This document shows positions 8,822 to 18,438 of a stretch of 47,825 nucleotides of DNA, one piece after another. This DNA is from Gemmatimonadota bacterium (lineage in GTDB: Bacteria > Gemmatimonadota > Gemmatimonadetes > Gemmatimonadales > GWC2-71-9). The DNA is taken from the NCBI GenBank assembly GCA_040002695.1, contig JBDUEA010000003.1, positions 1 through 47,825 of the forward strand. The letters are read 5' to 3'. The position numbers were made by a program, and so were the translations under genes. The notes below the pieces were generated by a model that saw only the letters and a program-made list of their open reading frames with translations, made no database searches and had not been told where the DNA came from. Position 1 is the stretch's first letter. Every line of letters begins with the position of its first letter.

Positions 8822-10240
8822 ATGTCTACCCGCATCGAGAAGGATCCGCTCGGCGAAAAGGCCGTTCCCGCTGAAGCGCTCTACGGCATCCAGACATTGC
8901 GCGCCGCCGAAAATTTTCCAATCTCGGGCCTTCGACCGCTCCCGTCGTTTGTAGACGCGGTGATCTGGATCAAGCGCTCCGCCGCCCTGACGCACCGGGA
9001 AACCGGCCGCCTGGAGCCCCGTCTCGCGGATGCGATCATCCAGGCCGCCGACGAGATCCTCGCCGGCCAGTATCGTGACCAGTTCATCGTCGACGTCTAT
9101 CAGGCCGGCGCCGGCACGAGCCACAACATGAACTGTAACGAGGTCCTCGCGAACCGGGCCAACGAGATCCTGGGGACGCCTCGAGGGAGTTATGCGCCGG
9201 TGCATCCCAATGATCACGTCAACATGGCGCAGAGCACCAACGACGTGATTCCCACCGCGATGCGCCTGGCGACGCTGGCCACCCTTCCCACGCTGCTGTC
9301 CGCGCTCGCCGCGCTCGCGGACGCGTTGCTCGAGAAGGGCCGAGCGTTCGATCATGTGATCAAATCGGGACGCACTCATCTCCAGGACGCGACGCCCATC
9401 CGCCTCGGCCAGGAGTTCGCTGCTTATGGCCTCACGGTGGCTCGCCATATCCGGAAACTCGACCAGGCGGCCGACTGGCTCCGCCCGATGAACATCGGTG
9501 GCACCGCCGTGGGGACCGGCATCAACGCCGAGGAAGCCTACCCCGCGCTCATGGTCAAGCATCTGCAGGCCGTGAGCGGACTCGCGCTGGCCGTCGGGGA
9601 GAACCGCGTGCAGCTCATGCAGTCGATGGGTGATATCGCGACCTTCAGCGGTGCGCTCCGCGCCTTTGTACTTGACCTGAACAAAATCGCCAACGATATC
9701 CGGCTGCTTGCTTCGGGCCCGCGGACCGGCATCGCTGAGATCATGCTCCCTGCGGTGCAGCCGGGCTCGAGCATCATGCCGGGGAAGGTGAATCCGTCGA
9801 TCGCCGAAATGGTGAATCAGGTCTGCTACCAGGCGCTCGGCCTCGACACGACGGTTGCGCTGGCCTCCGAGGCGGGTCAGCTCGAGCTCAATGTGATGAT
9901 GCCGGTAATCACGCACAACATCGTGTTCGCCATGATCATCGTGGGCAACGCAAGCCGGGTCTTCGCCGAGAAGTGTGTTCGCGGCATCGAAGCTGATGAA
10001 GCCATGTGCACTCATTGGCTCGAGCGCAGTCCGGCGCTCGTCACCGCCCTGGCGCCGAAGCTCGGCTACGCGGAATCCGCCAAGCTTGCCAAAGAAGCGC
10101 TTGCAACAGGACTGACCGTGAAGGAACTGGTTGTGAAGAAGGGACTGCTCGTGGGGAAGGAGCTCGAGGAGACCCTCGATCTCCGCGCCATGACCGAACT
10201 CGGTGTGCCGGGCGGCAAGGGGCTGCCAGGTGGGGGCTGA
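8822..10240 (+). CDS. aspA: aspartate ammonia-lyase (fumarase/aspartase superfamily)
   Basis: YGIQTLRA.ENF, GAGTSHNMN.NEV, QSTND, GSSIMPGKVNP, GQLELNVM; class II fumarase not excluded. Confidence 0.85.
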   Translation: MSTRIEKDPLGEKAVPAEALYGIQTLRAAENFPISGLRPLPSFVDAVIWIKRSAALTHRETGRLEPRLADAIIQAADEILAGQYRDQFIVDVYQAGAGTSHNMNCNEVLANRANEILGTPRGSYAPVHPNDHVNMAQSTNDVIPTAMRLATLATLPTLLSALAALADALLEKGRAFDHVIKSGRTHLQDATPIRLGQEFAAYGLTVARHIRKLDQAADWLRPMNIGGTAVGTGINAEEAYPALMVKHLQAVSGLALAVGENRVQLMQSMGDIATFSGALRAFVLDLNKIANDIRLLASGPRTGIAEIMLPAVQPGSSIMPGKVNPSIAEMVNQVCYQALGLDTTVALASEAGQLELNVMMPVITHNIVFAMIIVGNASRVFAEKCVRGIEADEAMCTHWLERSPALVTALAPKLGYAESAKLAKEALATGLTVKELVVKKGLLVGKELEETLDLRAMTELGVPGGKGLPGGG

Positions 10241-10272
10241 GCCTCAACAGAGGCCAATCTGGCCAGTTGAGT

Positions 10273-10311
10273 GTAGGCCTATTGCCGACAAACGTGCCGT
10301 CGGCCTATTGT
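10273..10311 (+). promoter_or_regulatory. promoter and candidate operator of the Rrf2 gene
   Basis: TTGCCG-18-TATTGT; inverted repeat GCCGAC-N9-GTCGGC; direct repeat GTMGGCCTATTG at 10273 and 10299. Confidence 0.55.
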
Positions 10312-10316
10312 TCCAA

Positions 10317-10775
10317 ATGCGCATTACCACCTGGACTGAATACAGTCTGATCATCTCGATTCATCTCGCGCGGCGAGCTCAGCACGGCAGTGCTCCGGTC
10401 GCCGCACGGGAAATTGCCGACGCGGAACGGCTTCCGGCGGATTACGTCGAACAGATTCTGCTTCGGCTGAGGCGCGCCTCCCTCGTGGACAGCGTGCGCG
10501 GCGCCAAGGGCGGCTACCTCCTCTCGAGAGATCCCAAGACCATCTCGATGCGCGACATCATGACGGCGTCCGAGCGCCAGACCTTCGAAATGAACTGCGA
10601 GACCCATCCGGTCGATTCCGAGCGGTGCGCCATCAACGCCTCGTGCAGCATCCGTCCGGTGTGGCTCGAGCTGCAGCGCCGCGTGGATACCTTGCTCGAG
10701 AGCATCACGCTTTCGGATCTCCTCAAGCAGGAAAACGAAGTCCAGGAAATCATTGCCCTGACTTCCTCCATCTGA
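10317..10775 (+). CDS. Rrf2-family transcriptional regulator with three Cys (Fe-S sensor type)
   Basis: MRITTWTEY..YVEQILLRLRRASLVDSVRGAKGGY; C-x9-C-x5-C. Confidence 0.93.
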   Translation: MRITTWTEYSLIISIHLARRAQHGSAPVAAREIADAERLPADYVEQILLRLRRASLVDSVRGAKGGYLLSRDPKTISMRDIMTASERQTFEMNCETHPVDSERCAINASCSIRPVWLELQRRVDTLLESITLSDLLKQENEVQEIIALTSSI

Positions 10776-10798
10776 AGGCCTTCCACTCGACGCGTTCG

Positions 10799-10833
10799 AA
10801 CGCCCGGCCCGGATGGCCGGGCGTTATTATTTT
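10799..10833 (+). terminator. intrinsic terminator after the Rrf2 gene
   Basis: AACGCCCGGCC/GGCCGGGCGTT stem followed by ATTATTTT. Confidence 0.7.
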
Positions 10834-10874
10834 GACGAAGGTCGGCGCTCACTTTTCTCCAGGATTCGCGCTTC

Positions 10875-12032
10875 GTGATCAACCCCGCTTCTTCCGCGCT
10901 CCCCACGCTGTTGCACGACGAGGTACTGCGTTATTCGCGGCATCTGCTGCTGCCCGAGGTCGGCGTGGATGGCCAGCGGCGCCTCAAATCGTCACGGGTG
11001 CTCGTCGTCGGTGCCGGCGGCCTCGGATCACCCGTGGCGCTCTACCTCGCCGCGGCCGGTGTCGGCACCATCGGATTGGCCGACTTCGATGTCGTCGACC
11101 TGACCAATCTGCAGCGGCAGATCCTGCACGGAACCTCCACTGTCGGTCGCCCGAAGCTCGAGTCCGCACGTGAACGGCTGCATGATCTCAATCCGCACGT
11201 GCGCGTGGAAGGAATCGCCGAGCGGCTGTCGTCGGGGAATGCAATGGAAATTCTTGGCGCCTTTGACGTGATCGTCGATGGCACCGACAACTTTCCCACG
11301 CGCTACCTCATCAACGATGCCGCAGTGCTGCTCGGCAAGCCGAACGTGTATGGCAGCATCTTCCGGTTCGAAGGCCAGGCGTCGGTCTTCGATGCTGCGC
11401 ATGGTCCCTGCTACCGGTGTCTCTATCAGGAGCCACCACCTCCCGGGCTCGTCCCCAGTTGCGCCGAGGGCGGTGTGCTCGGCGTCCTGCCGGGAATCAT
11501 CGGCAGCATCCAGGCGCTCGAGACGATCAAACTCATCCTGGGCGCCGGCACCTCGCTCGTCGGGCGTCTGCTGCTCTTCGACGCACTTCGCCTCAAGTTT
11601 CGCGAACTCGCCCTCAGGAAGGATCCGGATTGCCCGCTCTGCGGTGAACGACGAACGATTCACGAACTTGTGGACTACGAGGCGTTTTGTGGAATCCTTG
11701 CGCCGCCCGCCGCGGGCGCGGAAATCACGCCGCTTGATTTGCGGCACGAGCTCGATGAAAAACGGAGCATCACATTGGTCGATGTTCGCGAGCCGCATGA
11801 GTACGACATCGTCCATCTGCAGGATACCACCCTGATCCCGCTCGGTGAGCTCCCTGCGCGTCTTCGGGAACTGGATGCTCACGCGGACATCGTGGTGCAC
11901 TGCCACCATGGAGCCCGATCGCTTCGCGCGCTCGAGATACTGCGTGGTGCCGGCTTTTCGAGGGTGCGGAGTCTGGCAGGCGGGATCGACCGCTGGGCGA
12001 CCGACGTCGATCAGTCGCTCGCGCGGTACTGA
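10875..12032 (+). CDS. moeB: molybdopterin-synthase adenylyltransferase MoeB/MoeZ (ThiF domain + rhodanese)
   Basis: RYSRHLLLPEVG, GAGGLGSP, NLQRQ, PCYRC, SCAEGGVLG, CPLCG; C-terminal rhodanese DVRE..CHHGARS. Confidence 0.93.
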   Translation: MINPASSALPTLLHDEVLRYSRHLLLPEVGVDGQRRLKSSRVLVVGAGGLGSPVALYLAAAGVGTIGLADFDVVDLTNLQRQILHGTSTVGRPKLESARERLHDLNPHVRVEGIAERLSSGNAMEILGAFDVIVDGTDNFPTRYLINDAAVLLGKPNVYGSIFRFEGQASVFDAAHGPCYRCLYQEPPPPGLVPSCAEGGVLGVLPGIIGSIQALETIKLILGAGTSLVGRLLLFDALRLKFRELALRKDPDCPLCGERRTIHELVDYEAFCGILAPPAAGAEITPLDLRHELDEKRSITLVDVREPHEYDIVHLQDTTLIPLGELPARLRELDAHADIVVHCHHGARSLRALEILRGAGFSRVRSLAGGIDRWATDVDQSLARY

Positions 12033-12077
12033 GCGGGAGTCGCGGGGCCGGCCCTGAGTGGAAACGCCGTGTACCGG

Positions 12078-12118
12078 AAAACAGAGAACGGGTCTCGGCT
12101 CAGCCGAAACCCGTTCTC
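12078..12118 (-). terminator. terminator of tRNA-Leu (possibly bidirectional with moeB)
   Basis: On -: GAGAACGGGTTTCGGC-TGA-GCCGAGACCCGTTCTC then TGTTTT. Confidence 0.7.
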
Positions 12119-12124
12119 GTTGTA

Positions 12125-12208
12125 TGCCGAAGGCGGGACTCGAACCCGCACGGGCTTGCGCCCACTGCGCCCTGAACGCAGCGCGTCTACCAGTTCCACC
12201 ACTCCGGC
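12125..12208 (-). tRNA. tRNA-Leu (anticodon CAG), CCA not encoded
   Basis: GCCGGAGTGGTGGAACTGGTAGACGCG CTGCG-TTCAGGG-CGCAG, long variable arm, GGTTCGAGTCC T-loop, acceptor CTTCGGC-A. Confidence 0.97.
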
Positions 12209-12218
12209 GTGGGGGGCA

Positions 12219-12248
12219 AAGCTAGATGGTCTGCTCGCTCCGCGTCAA
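12219..12248 (-). promoter_or_regulatory. tRNA-Leu promoter
   Basis: On -: TTGACG-18-TAGCTT, ending 10 nt before the tRNA 5' end. Confidence 0.65.
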
Positions 12249-12357
12249 GCGATGGGCGGCACGAATATCCAGTCGCTCTCGCCCCAAATGCGGCCGCTGT
12301 TTCCGCCACTCGAGGGCCCGCCCCTCCGAAGCAGCGAGCCTCGAGCGTTAAGCGCCG

Positions 12358-12386
12358 TTGACCCCCCTCAACGCGCGGCCTATCTT
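12358..12386 (+). promoter_or_regulatory. smpB operon promoter
   Basis: TTGACC-17-TATCTT, followed by a GGAG RBS. Confidence 0.7.
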
Positions 12387-12404
12387 GCGTTTACGGAGCA
12401 TACT

Positions 12405-12890
12405 GTGGCTACAAAAACTTCCCGGCCCGAGGAGGGCAAGCTTTCGGTCGCCCGAAATCCCAAGGCGACACACGACTACCACATCCTCGAGACGTGGGAG
12501 ACGGGAATCGTTCTGACCGGCACCGAGGTCAAGTCGCTCCGCAACGGCAAGGCGTCGATCAAGGAAGGGTTCGCTCGTCTCCGGAATGGCGAAGTATTTC
12601 TGGAGGGAATGAACATCACCCCCTACGAGCAGGGCAATCGCTACAACCACGATCCCGTCCGATCCCGGAAGCTGCTCCTGCACCGGCGCGAGATCGAACG
12701 TCTCATCGGCGCCGTCGAACAGCAGGGTTTGACACTCATTCCGCTCGAGCTCTACTTCAAGAATGGCCGCGCGAAGATCGCGCTGGCGCTCGGACGCGGC
12801 AAGAAGACCCACGACAAACGTGAAGATGCCAAGAAGCGGATCGCTTCACGCGAAGTCGCCCGGGCCATGAGCATGAAGGGCCGACAGTGA
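12405..12890 (+). CDS. smpB: SsrA-binding protein
   Basis: NPKATHDY..ETGIVLTGTEVKSLR..RKLLLHRREI..GKKTHDKRE; GTG start at 12405. Confidence 0.97.
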   Translation: MATKTSRPEEGKLSVARNPKATHDYHILETWETGIVLTGTEVKSLRNGKASIKEGFARLRNGEVFLEGMNITPYEQGNRYNHDPVRSRKLLLHRREIERLIGAVEQQGLTLIPLELYFKNGRAKIALALGRGKKTHDKREDAKKRIASREVARAMSMKGRQ

Positions 12891-14107
12891 TCATCGTACT
12901 CGCCCTCGTCGCCGCGCTACACGTTCATGATGCCGCGCCGAGCACGCTGGTGGTGAGCACTCCGCGTGGCGAAAGCCGATTGACCGTTCGAATGGATCCG
13001 CTGGCCGGTCCGGGCATTCCCGCCAAGGGACTGGCTCTGGCCCTGAACGCCACCTATCGATCGGGCCAGTCCGACTGGGTGGACCTGATGGTCGCCCGCC
13101 AGCCGTTTCGATTTCTCCTCGGCGCGCCGGTCTACCAGTTCAACGAGCGCATGGAACCGCTCGCGGGCTGGGCCTGGACCTCCAACGATACGCTTTTCCT
13201 GCCGCTGCAATTCGCTGTTGAAGTGCTGCCGAAACTCTTCGCCGAACGCTATCGCTACGACGCGGCGAATGGAAAACTCATCGAGAGCGGAGCCCGGACG
13301 ACGCCGCTCGCAGCGACACCGCCACCCGTCAAGGCCTCGCCGGGACCAGTGCCCGGCCCTGCGGGCCTCCGGTTCGCGCATCTCGTTACCGTCGATCCCG
13401 GTCACGGAGGCATTGACCCGGGAAACCCTGGCATCTTCTTCCCCCGCGGCATCACCGAAAGTGACGTGACGCTGCAGATCGGCATTCTGCTCCGTGAAGA
13501 ATTGAAGCGCAGAGGCGTCGATGTCCGGATGACGCGCACGACCGACACGCTCATCGCCCTCGCGGACCGTGGCAGCTACTGCACCGAGACCTGCGATCTC
13601 TTCGTAAGCCTCCACGTCAATTCGCTCAAGAAACGCCCGGGATACTCGGCCACCCGCGGGTACGAAACCTATTTCCTCGCGGAAGCCAAGACGGAAGAGG
13701 CGGAACGGGTGGAGCGGATGGAAAACGAAGCGGTCCGGTATGAGGCGCCGCGTGCAGATGCCGGCGCGCGCGGCGGCCTCGATTTCATTCTCCGGGATCT
13801 GCAGCTCAACGAATATCTCCGTGAGTCGGCACGGATGGCCGAACTGGTACAGAGTCATCTCGAGAACGTGCATACTGGAGACAATCGCGGCGTCAAGCAG
13901 GCGGGGTTCATGGTCCTCACCAGGGCACGCCGGCCGGCGGTACTCGTTGAAATGGGATACAGCACCAATCCGCAGGACGGTGCGCTTCTCACGCGCGTGC
14001 AAAGTCAGCGTGAACTGGCCGCGGCCATCGCAGACGCCGTCGTCCAGTATCTCCAGGAGTACGAACGGAGAGTCAGCCTGCCCGCGGACTCGGACGCGCG
14101 CCGATGA
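12887..14107 (+). CDS. N-acetylmuramoyl-L-alanine amidase (Amidase_3)
   Basis: N-terminal hydrophobic signal; DPGHGGIDPG, E, FVSLHVN, PAVLVEMGY. Confidence 0.93.
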   Translation: MIIVLALVAALHVHDAAPSTLVVSTPRGESRLTVRMDPLAGPGIPAKGLALALNATYRSGQSDWVDLMVARQPFRFLLGAPVYQFNERMEPLAGWAWTSNDTLFLPLQFAVEVLPKLFAERYRYDAANGKLIESGARTTPLAATPPPVKASPGPVPGPAGLRFAHLVTVDPGHGGIDPGNPGIFFPRGITESDVTLQIGILLREELKRRGVDVRMTRTTDTLIALADRGSYCTETCDLFVSLHVNSLKKRPGYSATRGYETYFLAEAKTEEAERVERMENEAVRYEAPRADAGARGGLDFILRDLQLNEYLRESARMAELVQSHLENVHTGDNRGVKQAGFMVLTRARRPAVLVEMGYSTNPQDGALLTRVQSQRELAAAIADAVVQYLQEYERRVSLPADSDARR

Positions 14108-15498
14108 AGCCCCGCGCACTCATGTTTGGACTCCTGGCGCTGGTGGCCTGCGGATACAACAACGGGATGTACAACGCGAACCGTCTGGCTAAGGAGGCAA
14201 CGCGTGCGGACCGCGAGGGACGCACCATCGACGCATCCGGACTCTGGGGACAGGTGGCGGTGAAGGCGGAATCGCTGCTCATACGCCGGCCGAAGAAGAA
14301 CTCGATCGTCCGGCTCCGTTTTCTCAGGGGCATGGGACTCAGCCGGACCGGTGACTGCGCCACCGCCGTGCCGTTCCTTGAGGATGTCGCGAATGAGGGC
14401 GACAAAGGGGAAATGGTGGAGCAGGCGACCGCGCTGCTCGGCGAATGCCGGATGGCGCTCGGCGATCCGGCGGGTGCAAGCATCGCCTACGGCCGATTGA
14501 TCGGGAGCGCCGATCGCAGTCGCCGGCACAAGGCGCTGCTTCGTCACGGGCGCGCATTGCGTCTCGACGGCGACTATGCACAGGCGCTCGTCGAGCTCAA
14601 CCAGAGCGAAGAACCCGCGGCCCTCGGCGAGCGCGCCGCGGCGCTGGCAGGATTGGGAAACACCGCCGCGCTCATGGCGGTCGCGGACTCGCTGATCGCA
14701 CGGGGTGATACCGCAGCACCCTGGGATGCGACTCTGGAATTGCTCGGCGCCCACGATGAGGCCGCCGCCTCCGCTCTCGTCGAGCGGCTGCGCGCGTCGC
14801 CCAAATTCTCCCCGGTCGAGGAGGCAGGGTGGGTCTATGGTGACGGGCTTCGCCTGCTCAAGACCGACACCACGCGGGGATTGGCCAGGCTGGCGGAACT
14901 CCAGCGCATCCGCCAAGGAGGCAGCCCCACTTCGCTCGCCAGGCTCGCCATCGTTCGGTTCCATCTAGACCGTGCGGACAGCCTCGCGGAAATTCGGACC
15001 GCGCTCGCGACGCTGGAGGATATGCAGGAAGGCTCCGGTGCCGCGGCGGGTGAAGCGTCGACATTGGCCGGCAGGATTCGCCGGGTTCTCGCCAGCACTG
15101 ATTCGCAGGCGCCCGAGCTGCCCGCGCGGGACATGCAGCTGTTCCTCGCGGCGGAGACCACCCGGGATTCACTCCGCGCTCCCGTCCTGGCGGCAGCGCT
15201 CTTCGGTCAGGTAGCGCGCGACTGGCCCGAGTCGCCCTTCGCACCCAAGGCGCTCATGGCCGTCGCGGAGCTGGACAGTATTCACGCGGATTCGGTGTGG
15301 GCCATTCTTCGATCCCGTTACGCCGACAGTCCCTACCTCGCGATCCTCCGGGGCGAGGATCCCCCGGCTTTCCGCCAACTCGAAGACTCCCTTCGTCACT
15401 TTGCCAGCGTGACTCCGCCCAGCCCCATCCGAACGCCGGCTCGGAAGCCGGGCGCGCCCACCTCGCCGGCCGCTCGCAAGCCCGCCGACGTTCAGTGA
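14104..15498 (+). CDS. TPR-like helical lipoprotein, function unknown
   Basis: Lipobox LVA-C; Ala/Leu-rich helical repeats; WPESPFAPKAL and YADSPY; overlaps both neighbours. Confidence 0.75.
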   Translation: MKPRALMFGLLALVACGYNNGMYNANRLAKEATRADREGRTIDASGLWGQVAVKAESLLIRRPKKNSIVRLRFLRGMGLSRTGDCATAVPFLEDVANEGDKGEMVEQATALLGECRMALGDPAGASIAYGRLIGSADRSRRHKALLRHGRALRLDGDYAQALVELNQSEEPAALGERAAALAGLGNTAALMAVADSLIARGDTAAPWDATLELLGAHDEAAASALVERLRASPKFSPVEEAGWVYGDGLRLLKTDTTRGLARLAELQRIRQGGSPTSLARLAIVRFHLDRADSLAEIRTALATLEDMQEGSGAAAGEASTLAGRIRRVLASTDSQAPELPARDMQLFLAAETTRDSLRAPVLAAALFGQVARDWPESPFAPKALMAVAELDSIHADSVWAILRSRYADSPYLAILRGEDPPAFRQLEDSLRHFASVTPPSPIRTPARKPGAPTSPAARKPADVQ

Positions 15499-16370
15499 AC
15501 CCCGGCACCCTCGCCCGCGACATTTTCGGCGTCCACTTTCAGAATCCAGTCCTCCTCGCCGCCGGTACCGCCGGCTTCGGTGAGGAGGTGTCCGGCGTCA
15601 TCGACCTTGACGCGCTCGGTGGCATCGTCACGAAGGCCGTCTCTCTCGAGCCGCGGCCGGGCAACCGATCTCCGCGCGTGGCGGAGTTCGGCGGAGGAAT
15701 GCTCAACTCCGTCGGCCTCGCGAATCCCGGCCTGGAGCTGGTGCGTCAGCGGGAACTGCCGCGGCTGGTGACGCGGCTCTCGCGGGCGCGGATCCTGGTG
15801 AACGTGGTCGGCAACGAGGCGGAAGACTTTCGCGATGTCGTCGCGGCACTCGAGGATGTCGAGGGCATTGCGGCGCTCGAACTGAATCTCTCCTGTCCCA
15901 ACAGCCATGCGGGCGGACTCGAATTCGGCGCAAACCCCGAGAGTGTGAGGAGCGTGCTGGGGCTCTGTCGTGCCGCGACACGCCGGCCGCTCCTGGCCAA
16001 GCTGTCTCCGGCACTTCCCGACATCGCAGCGATGGCGCTGGTCGCGCGCGATGCGGGAGCGGATGGGGTGACGCTGGTCAACACGCTTCCAGGCTATCTC
16101 GCCGACTCCCACGGCGCCCCGCGTCTGGGGAATGGAAATGGCGGCGTCAGCGGCCCCGCGCTGTTACCGATCGGCGTCCTCGCCACCCGCAGGGTGCAGG
16201 AGCGGGCCCCGGGTTTTCCGGTCATCGGTGTGGGCGGAATCCGGTCCGCGGCCGATGCGATGCAGTATCTTCGGGCCGGTGCAAGTCTGGTGGCCATCGG
16301 CACCGCCGCGCTCGCCGATCCCCGGATCCCCGAACGGATCGTGCGTGACCTCGGCGATTACGATGGCTGA
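15495..16370 (+). CDS. pyrD: dihydroorotate dehydrogenase, family 1 catalytic subunit
   Basis: NPVLLAAGTAG, MLNSVGLANPG, ELNLSCPN, KLSP, GGVSGP, IGVGGI; GTG start at 15495. Confidence 0.93.
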   Translation: MNPGTLARDIFGVHFQNPVLLAAGTAGFGEEVSGVIDLDALGGIVTKAVSLEPRPGNRSPRVAEFGGGMLNSVGLANPGLELVRQRELPRLVTRLSRARILVNVVGNEAEDFRDVVAALEDVEGIAALELNLSCPNSHAGGLEFGANPESVRSVLGLCRAATRRPLLAKLSPALPDIAAMALVARDAGADGVTLVNTLPGYLADSHGAPRLGNGNGGVSGPALLPIGVLATRRVQERAPGFPVIGVGGIRSAADAMQYLRAGASLVAIGTAALADPRIPERIVRDLGDYDG

Positions 16371-17043
16371 GATCATTCTGGCGCTCGATCTGCCCGGTCA
16401 ATCCGAGGCGCTCAAACTGCTCGACCGCGCTCCCGAGGTCCGGTGGGTGAAAGTCGGCCCGATCCTGATGACACGCGAGGGACCCGAGCTCATCCGGGAG
16501 CTGGTTCGTCGAGGCCTTCGGGTTTTCCTCGATCTCAAATGGCACGACATTCCGAACACGGTCGTCGGCGCAGTCGAGGCCGCACGGGAGCTCGGCGTTT
16601 CGCTGGCAACGCTCCATGCGCTGGGTGGCGCCGATATGATGCGTGCTGCGGCTGCGGCCGCCGGAAATCAGCTAAGCCTTGTTGCCGTCACCGTGCTGAC
16701 GTCGCACGATGCCGCGAGTTACGGAACGGCGCTTGGCCGCGACGAGGTCAATGTTATGGAAGAGGTCGGGCGCCAGGCTGGAAACGCGATCGGCGCGGGA
16801 TTGCAGGGCGTCGTCTGCTCCGCGCGAGAGGCGGCACTGGTTCGGGCTCGGATCGGGAAAGACTCCTGGATCGTCGTTCCGGGAATTCGGAGGGCAGGGG
16901 ATTCCGCGGGGGACCAGATCCGGACGGCTACGCCGGCCGAGGCGGTATCCGCAGGAGCAACCCATCTGGTCGTCGGCAGGCCGATCCTGCAGGCCACCGA
17001 GCCGTCTGCGGTTTTCCGGGAAATGAGTGACGCGGCCCGATGA
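16363..17043 (+). CDS. pyrF: orotidine-5'-phosphate decarboxylase
   Basis: ILALD, KVG, FLDLKWHDIPNTV, VPGIR, DQ.R..TP, VVGRPI. Confidence 0.96.
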   Translation: MAEIILALDLPGQSEALKLLDRAPEVRWVKVGPILMTREGPELIRELVRRGLRVFLDLKWHDIPNTVVGAVEAARELGVSLATLHALGGADMMRAAAAAAGNQLSLVAVTVLTSHDAASYGTALGRDEVNVMEEVGRQAGNAIGAGLQGVVCSAREAALVRARIGKDSWIVVPGIRRAGDSAGDQIRTATPAEAVSAGATHLVVGRPILQATEPSAVFREMSDAAR

Positions 17044-17462
17044 GTATTCGAACCTGGTCACTCGCGGCGTGGTTATTCAGTTTGGCGGTTCCGCTGGAGG
17101 CGCAGTTTCCATCGCTGCCGGCCGCCGCGGAGGCGGCTCGCAGTGCGCTGAGCAGCCAGAACGTGGAAGCGCTGGTGGCCTCGAGTCCGCGAATTCTCCT
17201 CCAGCTTCCGGGAGCCGATCCGTCCGCCCCCGTCGGCCAGGCCCAGGCCTCGGCACTTCTCAGGGCCTATTTTCGCCGGAGCGAGGAAGTTGCGCTCGAG
17301 GTCCGGGCGGCCCGCGAAGTCGGCGATGGTCGAGGGTACGTCGAGTTGCGGCGGCGGTTCCGGGTGTCCGGAACTCAGGAGATGCGGGACCAGACGGTCT
17401 TCCTTGGGTACACGAAGCAGTCGTCCGGCTGGGTTCTGGTGGAAGTCCGTATCTCGGGCTGA
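17040..17462 (+). CDS. secreted hypothetical protein
   Basis: Signal peptide ending LEA-Q; overlaps the pyrF stop (ATGA); alpha+beta pattern. Confidence 0.7.
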   Translation: MSIRTWSLAAWLFSLAVPLEAQFPSLPAAAEAARSALSSQNVEALVASSPRILLQLPGADPSAPVGQAQASALLRAYFRRSEEVALEVRAAREVGDGRGYVELRRRFRVSGTQEMRDQTVFLGYTKQSSGWVLVEVRISG

Positions 17463-17471
17463 CACCTTCCC

Positions 17472-17500
17472 TTGCGCCCTCTTTGGGCCGCCGGTATATT
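17472..17500 (+). promoter_or_regulatory. promoter of the rpmJ-rplQ operon
   Basis: TTGCGC-17-TATATT. Confidence 0.65.
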
Positions 17501-17538
17501 GCCGAGCTAGTCATCAAACCGGCCATAGGGAGAGAAGT

Positions 17539-17655
17539 GTGAAGGTACGCTCGAGTGTCAAGCCAATCTGTGAGCACTGCAAGGTCGTCAAGCGGCAGGG
17601 CGTCACACGGATCATCTGCAAGCGCAATCCCAAACACAAACAGCGGCAGGGTTGA
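17539..17655 (+). CDS. rpmJ: 50S ribosomal protein L36
   Basis: [38 protein letters not shown]; GTG start after GGGAGAG. Confidence 0.97.
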   Translation: MKVRSSVKPICEHCKVVKRQGVTRIICKRNPKHKQRQG

Positions 17656-17657
17656 AG

Positions 17658-18038
17658 ATGGCGCGTATCGCTGGCGTTGACTTGCCGCGCGACAAGCGCG
17701 TTGAGGTCGCCCTCACGTACATATTCGGAATCGGTCGGTCGACCAGTGCCCGGCTCCTCGCCGAAACCGGCGTCAGCCCCGATGCACGGGTCCGGGACCT
17801 TTCGGATTCCGAAGTGGCCCGGCTGAGACAGATCATCGAGCGTTCGGTGAAGGTCGAAGGCGCGCTCCGGACCGAAGTCGCCATGAACATCAAGCGATTG
17901 ATGGACATCGGCAGCTACCGGGGCATTCGTCACCGCCGCGGGCTCCCTGTGCGGGGACAGCGGACCCACACCAACGCGCGCACCAAGAAGGGTCCGCGTC
18001 GGGCCATCGCCGGCAAGAAAAAGGTAACCAAGAAGTAA
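17658..18038 (+). CDS. rpsM: 30S ribosomal protein S13
   Basis: [33 protein letters not shown]. Confidence 0.98.
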   Translation: MARIAGVDLPRDKRVEVALTYIFGIGRSTSARLLAETGVSPDARVRDLSDSEVARLRQIIERSVKVEGALRTEVAMNIKRLMDIGSYRGIRHRRGLPVRGQRTHTNARTKKGPRRAIAGKKKVTKK

Positions 18039-18039
18039 G

Positions 18040-18435
18040 ATGACGACTCCAGTCAAGCCAACGGGCGCCAAGCGCTCAAAAAAGGTCGTGGAATCCGAAG
18101 GCGTCGCGCATATCTCCGCGACGTTCAACAATCTCCTGATCACGATCACCGACATGCGCGGCAACGCGCTGGCCTGGGGTTCTGCAGGCAAGGCGGGGTT
18201 CAAGGGCTCCAAGAAGTCGACGCCGTTCGCGGCCACAGTTGCCGCGGAGAACTGCGGTCGGGAAGCCATGAATCTCGGCCTTCGCCGCGTGCATGTGCGG
18301 GTGCAAGGTCCGGGGAGCGGACGTGAGTCCGCCATTCAGGCGCTGGCCTCGGTCGGTCTCCGCGTCGTCTCGATTCGTGATGTCACCCCGATTCCTCACA
18401 ACGGCTGCCGTCCGCCGAAGAAACGGCGGGTCTGA
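18040..18435 (+). CDS. rpsK: 30S ribosomal protein S11
   Basis: [36 protein letters not shown]. Confidence 0.98.
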   Translation: MTTPVKPTGAKRSKKVVESEGVAHISATFNNLLITITDMRGNALAWGSAGKAGFKGSKKSTPFAATVAAENCGREAMNLGLRRVHVRVQGPGSGRESAIQALASVGLRVVSIRDVTPIPHNGCRPPKKRRV

Positions 18436-18438
18436 GCC

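Noticed and set aside
12032-12125. tRNA 3' end as an integration site for an island
   Set aside because: There is no integrase, no duplicated tRNA 3' end and no visible compositional shift; the flanks are housekeeping genes.
12011-12202. 63-aa minus-strand ORF MVELVDALRSGRS...
   Set aside because: It is a translation of the tRNA-Leu gene.
12069-12404. 112-aa N-terminal extension of the SmpB ORF
   Set aside because: It overlaps tRNA-Leu and the promoters; the real start is GTG 12405 after GGAG.
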